Assembly (NCBI GenBank): GCA_010015585.1
Contig: ML975149.1
Source: Eremomyces bilateralis CBS 781.70
Taxonomy: Eukaryota
Strand: one strand, 5' to 3'
DNA length: 50,377 nucleotides
Shown: positions 11,870 to 21,817 of the stretch, piece by piece
Layout: each line of letters opens with the position of its first letter
How positions within the stretch are numbered: the first letter of the stretch is position 1
The notes under the pieces: model-generated
Database searches by the model: none
Seen by the model: only the letters and a program-made list of their open reading frames with translations
What the model was told of the DNA's origin: nothing
Translations under genes and position numbers: made by a program

Positions 11870-12180
11870 TACGGAGATCGTGATGCGAGTTGGATAAGGT
11901 GGAATTCATGTCATTTGTGAAACACTCGTCTAAACCAACACGACTACAGAGATCAGGATGAGTTGGATCAGGCGGAATTCAATCATTTGATTCCTCGTCC
12001 ACTAAACTGAGCATGGGACAAAATACGGAGATGAGAGATTAGCACGTGTCGGATCAGGCGGAATTCAATCCATTGTGATTCCTGGTCCAAAGTAACTCGG
12101 CTACGGAGATAAGATGAGGGTTGGGTCAGACGGAATTCAATCCTTTGTGATTCCACGTCTACTAAACTATCTCGACTACA
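11870..12180. repeat. Four degenerate tandem units of 75-79 bp, each foldable as a hairpin
   Basis: Units start at 11870, 11945, 12024 and 12102 with TAC(G/A)GAGAT. Shared core approximately TTGGATCAGGCGGAATTCAATC..TTGTGATTCC.CGTC...CTAAAC, with unit 1 most diverged. Confidence 0.9.
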
Positions 12181-12226
12181 TCCCACAGAGTGTCATTTCG
12201 AACTCCCTGTAAAGAGTGTAAACCGT

Positions 12227-13092
12227 CTAGTACAGTCGCTTGGGCGGGCTCATGGTGGCCTTGATGGTCAATGAGCCCACGTTCTGCCATCCCTTCTTCA
12301 GCAGCGACACCAAGTAGTTGATGGCCAACATGATGTTGCCGATCAGGTCGTCCTCGGTCATGCCGACGTTGCCGACCGCCACACCCATGCATAGCACCTT
12401 CTTCAGCTGGAACTTGATGGTCGACTTGACCTCGTTGAGCTTGCCAGCCAGGTCATCGTTGTGGGAAACGGGGACCGGGAACTTGCCGGCCTTGGAGAGA
12501 CCGGGGCCGAGAAGACGAGGGATTTGACGGAGGAGAGTGTCGGACGAGACGAAGGCATCGTACTTGCGAGCAAGCTCTGAGGTAAACGGTTAGCGTGGCA
12601 AGAAATATTCAAGAACAATGCCGCATACTCTTGATCAGCTTCTTGTTCTTGTTCAGCTTCTTCAAGTCATCCGCGGACATGGCGTCGACGCCGAGATGCT
12701 TCGCACGATCGATGTCATGCTGGTCACCCAGGATACTGTTCACCCACTGTTAGCCCCATCTTCCGATCATCTCATGTCTGTGATCCCACATACCAAACAG
12801 CCATGCCCGGGCGGGGAACGCGAGGCAGCTGGACGGTGCCGCTGAAACGCTTGTCACGCTGCGGGTCGTAGTTCTTCAAGCCGATCTGAAGCTCGACGGT
12901 CTCGAGGAAGTTGCGCTTCTTCTCATTGTTGGAGTACTCAAGGAGCTCCTTGACGTTGGCGCGGACTCCGGCGACTGAAGTGCGGAAAAATGGTCAGCTC
13001 ACACTCAATGTACAAATATCATCCGCTGTGGCGGGCAATCGGAGGGTTTGGAGATGCTGGGTGAGGGGCGTCTTACCTGTGATTTTAGACAT
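12227..13092 (-). CDS. RPL1: 60S ribosomal protein L1 / L10a (uL1)
   Basis: Exons 13092-13077, 12974-12794, 12735-12629, 12576-12227 total 654 nt = 217 aa. MSKIT..., [64 protein letters not shown]. Confidence 0.98.
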
Positions 13093-13536
13093 TTTGTCAG
13101 ACAGTCTTCCAATAGGTATCTGATAACCTTTTGGTGAGGATTTTCGCGCTTCAGAAAAGAGAATCAGTGGGAGAAAGTGGGAGGATGTGGTTTTACAGGG
13201 TTCAAATTCCTGTGGTCGAAAATGTGCGGTGACTAAGCATTGTGATATGAATATTGGTGCCTCAGGAATAATTGCCTCCTTGTATTATCATAAGGCATCA
13301 ACATCCGATCGAACGGAAACAGAACTGAATGCTAAGAACAATCTTGAACTCCCTACCTTGTAGGAATCGTCCTCAGATACTCGAATTCAATGAAATGGCT
13401 TTGTTGTACATTAATCTACCGAAGTCCGTAAAGATGACTATTCTGTCCTGTTCCCAAAAGCACCGATGAATCGAATGGCGTAAACAGTTCCTCCATCTAT
13501 GTGCTATTAGACAAGTGTATCTAATCTCCTAGACAT

Positions 13537-15777
13537 TCAAATTCCATTGAGGAAGCCCCAGTCAATCGAGCTAGGATCAGCCTGGCCTGTGGTACTTGGC
13601 CAACCTTCAGAGACCCTTTCTATATGGATCTCGTTCGTCGTAGCCTCTGTGAACCGGGTTTGCGGAGCGGACGTATTCCCCAGGCTGCCATTCCCGTCAT
13701 GTAAGCTCTTTTCCAAAATCTCTGGTTCCTGGGAGGCACGCCATCCTTCCACCACTGCCGAATCACACCGTTCAGACATCCTCGTTACGTCCGCCAGCGC
13801 TACCAACGTCTTCTCCATCGTGCCTTGGTACTCGAATCCCAGCTGCACCCCGCAACGGACTGCGACGGCAGCCATCCAGCTCCTGTCTTTGACGTTGTAG
13901 CTGTCAGTGCCTAGATCGGTCGCCGATGTCGGGACCGGCAGGTTTTCTCGAGCCGCAGTGCCGCCGATTAGTGCCACGAAGAGCAGCACTCCCGAGAGCG
14001 GACCCCAGAGGCCCGAGGTGTCGGATCTTGCAAGGAGCTGCTTGAGATACGAAGTGATAGTGACTGGGCGATTTCGATAAATCGATGGGAGAGAATCGGA
14101 TCGAGTGTTTCGGCCATTCTGGCGCGGAGCCGGATCCTTCTTCACGCTAGATGCGAAGGCTGGGGTGATCTGACTTGCGGCGTAGGAAAAGGAGCATCCG
14201 TTGAGGATGGCGTTCGAGTAGATCAGTGCCGCAATCCGGCAAGATTCGAATCGATACCTTACAATTCTGGCTCGGCGACTGAGATCTTTCGAATCGCCGG
14301 AAAATGCGGAGGGGAGGCAAGCGATTCGGGCACAGATGGACTGGCGCTCCGCTTCCATGTCGTCCAGAGATTGGAAGTTCTTGAGCTCGGCAATCGGGCT
14401 CCGCATGATGGAAATGAGGTTGGTGAGGCTGTATATATCGCACAGCAGCTCGTACGTATTATGAGAGCAATAAGGATCATGGCGGAGTTCCATGAGTTCG
14501 ACTTGGTTGCTGTAAAGGGGTGAATACCGGATGGGTTGGCCAGGCTGGGATCTTTCTCGGCGTTGGCGTAAGAACTCCAGATATTCAGGGACAATCGGAG
14601 ATTCGGAGAGGATGGAGCTCTCGACAGAGTGTCTATTATCATATTAGATGTTTGGGCGAAATACGGCATACCTGACCCCGCTATTACTTGAGGCCAACGA
14701 ATGAGCGAGATAACTTACATGGAAATCATCATCGCGATGACAGGGTCTAGCTGAAGCAGCCCTCCCCTAAGCGTCACCAATTGCGCCAGTCCTTGCCAGT
14801 GGATATTGCTGGACACCTCCTGGCAAGCAATCATCGTCCCTAGTAGGACTTGGAGTACGGAGATGATGGCTTGATCGCTCGTGTTTAGGGTCCGGTCTGC
14901 AGTCATTATCCTGAGCAGGGGAATCATCTGACCCATGAGTGGAGCCCATATGCTTCTCTCTCCTCTCATCGCATCAAGATGCGCCGCAGAAATGCAAAGG
15001 GTACTCAGGAAAGAGAGTTTACTGGAGGTTGCTTTCGGGATCCAGGTTCGGCCCAGGTTTGGGCAGGAAAAAGTCGCGCTGCCTAGCAGTAATGTCAACA
15101 AGGCACAAGCGGAGTTCGATAAAGGAAGGCTGCTTACAGTGACACTTTAACTCTTCCATCGAGCTCTTGAAATCTCCCTTGAATTTCGGAAGTACCTCAA
15201 AAGTGTCATGGGGGGAACCAACGACTCGTAGAGGGAACGTCGACATAAACCCCTCATAGGCTGCTTCGAACAATAGCTGGCCATCCGTCAGTTTTCCTCG
15301 CGATGCAAGGACTCCTTGTGCTGCTTCAGTCTGCAATAATGCGTAGAACGAGCACATGTCGGTAGCGTTCGGCGTAGCGAACGGGAGGTCCTCCGCCTTC
15401 AACGACAATATCTGATTTAATACTCGTTGATTTGGCTGTGGCCGATCCACCAGCCGTTTCCGAGCCCTTCGATCACCCCGGAAAAGCCCAAGAGCATCAT
15501 CACTGGACATGCCAGGGGGGCAAGGGGTTTCAGTGACGGCGCCCGCAGGGATAGAAGCAGTGCGTGGCTGCGGCCTACTGGCATCGCACCGTTTAGATGC
15601 CTTCTCGACCCTCTGCGGTTGAGGTTTCAGGGGGTCGATCCCATCGCACGGCTTCTTCGCCTGCTGGAACATCACGAACGACCGGTTCGCGCTGACGATC
15701 TTTTTATCTTTGAAAAAGTCCGGGTCGTTCCCGGTTACAAAGCGGAAGTTCTTCGTCGGCTTGGCTGGAGTGGTCAT
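13537..15777 (-). CDS. Fungal-specific transcription-factor-like protein without an obvious Zn2Cys6 cluster
   Basis: Multi-exon. N-terminal FRFVTGNDP..FKDKK....NRSFVM basic segment, SPHDTFEVLP, CISAAHLDAMRG, HWQGLAQLVTLRGGL..L, FESCRIAALIY; pattern recalls Fungal_trans_2-type proteins. Start could be 15777 or 15792; exon edges approximate. Confidence 0.7.
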
Positions 15778-17421
15778 GGTTGAGTTTCGCATCTGCAATT
15801 TGGAAGCGGAAAGTTAGCCGTTGGCGAGCCGCAAACATTACGGGCTGCGTATGTGACAATGTAATATGTAGGAGGGGTTGATAGAAGCCTAAACATACAA
15901 TCATGATGTTTCGTCACCGTTGTCTCGATCCGGCGACACAACGTAAACTAATCCGTTCAGCTGGTGTGGAGGTAGCTGCGAGACCAGGTGTTGCGGTAAG
16001 CGGTCAAATTGTTGCTGAGGGCTCGAAATGGGCGATATCAGAGCCATCAGGCAGCAAAAACTAGCGACTCCAAAGATATTTTACCATAGCGGACTCTTGA
16101 ACATCAATTGAAGTCCACGTTGAGACACACGGTGCTAGAAGACAAGAGATATGAATGGATTATGAATCATAACGTATCAAAACAGGACGGTTCCGTAACA
16201 GAAGACCCCTCCTTTCGCAAGGCAGTTCATGGCATTAGTATTGGGCCAGCCTAGCGTTGCGAAGAACCATTCATGGGACAGAAGCACAGAGAGCTTCTAC
16301 CGTCATGTACCACCAGGGACAGGGCGATGCAACAATATAGCCCGGACTGATCCTCTCTGGCGGTGGCTTATCTAGACCCTGTGGACTGTCGCAAGCAACC
16401 ATCAACGCAGAGTATCCGACGAATGAGGATCCATGAGCCGGGCCGGGTGTCCATCTTTTGGTAGTATCCAGTTAGCCGGTCCTAGTGGGACATGTAGCCT
16501 TACGGTAGGGCAAACTCGCTCCTCGCTATGGGGAAATAAGCCCCAAAAGGTAGCGAGAAATAATGTCGATCAGAGAGGTGACATCTGTGAAGTGTGAAGG
16601 GAATGAATTTTTTTTAGGGCTATGCAGGGGGGTGACCGCAAAAGGTATCGCTCTTCGCCGGGAAATGAGGGGTCCGCAAGCGAGGTGATGCAGTTGATCA
16701 GCACCTACGCGTTGCCAGTGAGAGGATTCCTGGTGCAAGCATTGGTGTAAACAATAGACCATAACGATGGTTGAAAGCGGTGGGAAAAGGTGGGCAATGG
16801 TGCAATGGCGGGGATGTCGTGATCAAGCTCTCAAGACTCGAAGGCAGTGAAACAGTTCCTTCAGCACGTGAGTGCTTACTCGGTACAATATGGAGGTGTG
16901 AATTGTGAATGAATTGAAAGACTCAAGAAGTTGTCAAGCATTTTCGTCTGGGTACGGCCCGCTATTGGCTTCTCCAATTCCCGCTTCTGCATGCGCCGCT
17001 GGGATTTTATTCGGCCTTAGTATCCCAGCATTCGTCACCCCGGAACAATGGCCGCAGGCCGACCGCCATATTGCAACGGACACACATAGTATGCGACTGC
17101 AGAGTGCAGCCGACCAGGGCGGTCAATTCGAGACGGGAGCAAATTCATAACGGCATCGTTGCATGACCAGAAGTGTTGATGACGCGCCGCCAACCCTTTG
17201 AAACTCGTATATGGTTTCGATTTCTGATGATATGTAGACTCTTTTATGATTGGAAATGCAACGAAACAGAGTCTAGGCCTTGTCCAATCTCCTGGGCGTC
17301 GTCTTAGCTAGATATGTCGAACTATTCCTCTCGGCCCCTCCACATTTCTCGTCGGATGCCGGTTGATGCCGTCATGATTGGGATTCCTGGGTGCTGGTTC
17401 TTTGGGATTGCAATGGGTCTC

Positions 17422-20400
17422 CTATAATGCTGTGGATGGCGATGCGTTACTTCCGATAGAGAACCCCACACTGTTCTCTCGGGATGATGTTAGGGCGCGA
17501 AAGCCTCCGCTCTTTTTGTCCGGTGGTGGTCTCAGCTCGACGTCACTCAACGCGCTTCTTAGCGTGTCGCCAGACTCATCTAGTGCCATCAAGAAGCGGG
17601 CTAATTCTTTGCACAACTCCCAGTCACGCTCAACTTTGGCTCGCCGCAGTAACCGAACAATCTGACTTGACCCGGGGTTCAGCTCATCGATGGTATGTAG
17701 CACAAGCAAGTATCCGCCTGCTGTCTTCAAGGACCCTTTCGCAAGGGACTCTTCAAACAACTCTTGCGGCGGGGGAAGATGAGCGAACAGGGTCTTCCAT
17801 GACCTGACTTCGGTCTTCCGGGTGCATTGAACAACGATGTCGAGGTACTGCGGGAAAGTAGAAAGGAAAGATAGCAGGCCAGGCAACAGCGTGGCTTCTG
17901 GCGTATGCGAGGCGTCCACTTCGTCATCAAGGACATCATGCAGTAGCACCTCAAGCGCATGAGCAAAGTACTCAAAATGCTGGTAGAAATGGGATAGATG
18001 CAAGGCGGCCGGTGAATCGAACCTTGCCAGATGGGATCGGAGAATCGTTGGGAGGAATAGATGTGTCTGTCAGGCCGTATTAGTCACAGATTTCAGATAA
18101 AAAACAAAACTGGCAAGACGAGGGAGTCATTGCCAGTTATATATGGCTGATGAGAGACACGTATCGCGCGCCACAACAGGACGCATACAGCATCGACGAC
18201 GCGCTCCCTAACGAGGAAGGAAACAGATGAGCAGAGGCTTACCCTAGTAGCGAATCTCGCCGATGCAAAACTGAGATCCCGACGCTGCACCATTTCCGAC
18301 TCAATTCCCAAGATCAGACCCTGCCGGAGGAGGACCGATAAGGGGTAAAAATCGCAGGACATGTCGAGGGGAACTTGGATATCTCTTCCTGCTTCCACTG
18401 GCGCCGAGAGAGTCTCTTGCACGTCTGTCCAGACGCGCATCTTGGTACCATCGAAGTACCATAATGAGTCCTGCAGGACGTGATCTTCGTCTTCCTCCAC
18501 CTGGTTCAGGGAAGCGGTGGTTGGCGGGCGGGTGAGTGCGATCCGGTGATCACGCATCAGCGCATAGTGCTCAACGTTCTGAGCGATGATTCGCATCTCG
18601 TACTTCAGTTCACTGTTCTCGGTCGTCGTCGGTTGGAGAAGCACCAGTTTCCCGTCGACCAGGAACATTACGCTGGCCTTAGACACGTCCTGAGAAGGAT
18701 CGCCACTTTCTAGCTGGTCCTCCGGTAGGACCCAGCTCAATGCCCTCACTCGTGGAGGGGCCCTGATGATGCCGTGAAGTGCGATTTGACCGACTTGGAC
18801 TAACTTGATCGACTTCTCCGCCAAGGTCACCACGTAGTGGCAGAGAATATTCTCATATGTGTAGACGAGCAGAGAATCTTCCCCGGACGGCGCAATGAGG
18901 ACGATCGGCGACGACAAGGCCTCCGAATACATCACCCTGTCCGAATGCAGCGGCAGCTCTCGCGAATATATCCGCAGCTCGAACGACTCATTCGACTCGA
19001 CCGCTGCCACCAGTACATGCTGAAACCAGCACATTCCGCCTCGCACGGTGAACTCGTTCTCCATCCACTCCGACTCAAACGTCTTCCATCGTCCGCTCTG
19101 CACGCTATAGTGCGCCAGCCCTCTTTTCCCGGCAACAGCAACGTACCTTCCATCCGGCGACACCACCGCGCTACGAATCGGCCACTGCGTCATGAGATAC
19201 GCAGGAGGCACTTGCACGTGCTGCCAAACTGCGCTCTGGCTCGAAGCATTCATCGGATTCGGCAGCTCATGGCCTCGATACAGCACGAAACCAGCGTTCG
19301 TCTGCAGCAGGCTCCGCGCAATATTTGCGGGGGAGAAGCAGCCTGTCACCGCGCTCCGTGCCATTTCCACCACCCAGACGGCCTTGTCGTTCCCATCTAC
19401 CATCGCGATCTGCGACCCGCCGCCCAGCCAAATCGCGGACCGCACGCCTAGCAGCCATCGCTCCGAGTGTGCCGAGCTCAGCGCCCGATCCGCGAGCATC
19501 GACGAGCTACACAGCTTACCGTAGACGCTCCAGGTGCTCCACGCGTGATTCATGCCCGCGAATAAGCAATATCCGTCGGGAGAGTACGACAAGAACGTGA
19601 GTTCTCCAGCGGACGAGGAGAGCTGAGATGCGGAAAAGCGGTGCGAGAGTGGGATGTTGCCGGAGTAGTCTTTCACGGAATATATGTATATGTCACCGTT
19701 TGCGCAGCCCACGGCGAGGAGAGAGAAGCGAGCATTTATGGCGGTCATCGTGGCTGCAGAGGAGGCATCGGTGGGCATGTGGAAGCAGAAGCCACGGAAA
19801 GGGGGGTCGGTCTCTTCCGCATTGGAGTTATCCACGGGGGAGGTAGGAGCTTGAGAGGCCTGGGGCGGTCGTTTGCGCGTTTGGACGGCGTAGACGCGCC
19901 CGTCAGACGTTACCCAGGAGCTGAGATTCATCGGTCGGTCGTACACCATGTCAACCATGTGAACATCCTGTCCGGAAATCCAGGGTAATTGACTGAGCAA
20001 ATGCTTTGTCTCTTGCGATCGTGACGTTTCCGAGCCCTTTCGGACATTGGATGCCTTCCTAGCCTCTCCACCCCATCGTATAACTTGGACTGCCCCCGGA
20101 CCTTTCGTAGCCACTACTAGCCCATCATCGAGTGCCAGCACCCTTCCAATCTTCGAATCGATGCGTATGGTTGCTCGAAACCGAAGCATCGCCTCCGCGA
20201 TTACCGCGTCCTCTCCTTCCCCGAGTGGCTCTTGACCAAAGTACGATCGCTGCCCAGCGCTGTACCTTCGCCCATGGTGGCTGTGCCGGGCATTGTCGAC
20301 GAAGACGGCGCGGTAGACACGGTTTCCCGGGACCACGGTGAAGGAGTATATAATGAGGTAGTTATTCGAGGTCTGGACGACGAAGAGGGAGGAGTCGGGT

Positions 20401-20919
20401 CGGATAGATAGGCCGATGTTCGTGCCGTGGTCGCGGAGCGAGCTTTGAGAACGGATGGCGGTGGTGAGGACGGTAACGGGCTGGGTATATGTATTAGCAC
20501 AGGCTATGATAGCGAATAAACTGTCGGACACGAAACGGACTCACCCTGCTCTGCCATACTGTCAATGTAGATGGCGTTACTGTCGCGAAGACCTGTCCAT
20601 TTCTCGACCCTCTGATATCCACAATCCCTTCCGCTAGCTTCTCTCCCACCTCTCCCTCTTGATTCAAATGTGTTGCTCTCCCTTCTCCCTGGATATTCCG
20701 ATTCCTCGCGTGGTCCCTTTGAGAATGCGGCGCAGTAGTCAGGCCGGCCCGCTCATTCTCGCTCTGGTCAGCCACGGAGTCATTCCGCGAGTCTGAAGCT
20801 TCCCCGTCGTCGTCTTCGATTGCAAAGGTGTCATTCTCGTCATATAGGATAGCGTTTCGGTTGTGTAGGGCTTGCTTCTCGAGGGAGTAGATCTGCGGTG
20901 CGCCAATGGGCCAGTACAT
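17422..20919 (-). CDS. RIC1: Ric1, GEF subunit for Ypt6/Rab6
   Basis: MYWPIGAPQIY start, SPDGRYVAVAGKRGLAHYSVQSGRWKTF, VRGGMCWF, YFAHALEVLLHDVL, VVQCTRKTEVRSWKTLF, LKTAGGYLLVL, WELCKELARFL. Introns ~20477-20544 and 18067-18242. Confidence 0.95.
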
Positions 20920-21817
20920 TGCGCTGGTTACGGTGAGGTGCGGTTGAGTATGCGGGACATCGTCCTACAAGATTGGCTCTCTCATTATTTGCGATTGCCG
21001 CATGGATGGATGGCACGAAAGAAATTGGAGTGGGAGAGAGCTTCGAAGTATTGTATAGGTAATATAAAAAGGTGTAGATACAGTTGAGCCTCCATGCACC
21101 AAATGAGCTACGGTATCTCGGAGGTTCGAAGGTCGTAATGGAGAGCGGTTGAGGCGGGGGGATTGGTGCCGCTGAACATCTCGTCTCGTATCATTACAGC
21201 TCGATCGAGATTTATAAATCATATATATCAACATCTAACCAGGCAATCACTTATGTTCTACAAATTGAGTAGTATGACGTGTATTCGCCATGCTATTGAC
21301 CTCTGCTCAGCAGACTACCTCTACATACAGGTACATTTCTTTTCCCCTACGCAGTCACTATCATCCACAACGAGCGACCTCTCTCCTCCATGTCGGAATG
21401 CATATGAGCAATGACATTATGTCCATCTCCTCGCATTCCCCCTGGCGACAGCCTTTCTGCATCGCGTGAAGCCCCACACACCGCATACAAACAGAGACTC
21501 GGATGACAAGAACTGAGCCGAGTCGTGTTTGTATCCACCCGCTCTCTGCCCATCTAACAACAGCGGCAACATGCTTCGTTATACGGCATATAGCCCCGTG
21601 GAGTCTGCCTGCCAGAGCAGGAATGATAAAAACGATGAAAGGAAAATTTGCAGCAAAGGCAAAATGCAACACTCAGTGTGAAACACCGCAAGCAACGCAC
21701 GCATTACCGGGTATTATGAATGGAACGAACAGAACGAACGACATCTCAACTCCCCGCCTTCTCCTTCTCCATGTCCGATCTTCTTTGTCTTCTCGTTGGC
21801 CATCTCCCACGACCCAC

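Noticed and set aside
11870..12180. Repeat array as a CRISPR array
   Set aside because: Eukaryotic context, no cas genes, repeats degenerate, and the would-be spacers are homologous to each other.
12102..12183. snR30/U17 3' hairpin (AAACTAT 7 nt before ACA resembles m2)
   Set aside because: The required m1 motif ATATTCCTA is absent from the opposite side of the hairpin.
13195..13213. tRNA T-arm/B-box-like GGTTCAAATTCC (similar at ~4537 and ~42984)
   Set aside because: No acceptor, D or anticodon stems can be built; no tRNA gene is supported anywhere in the window.
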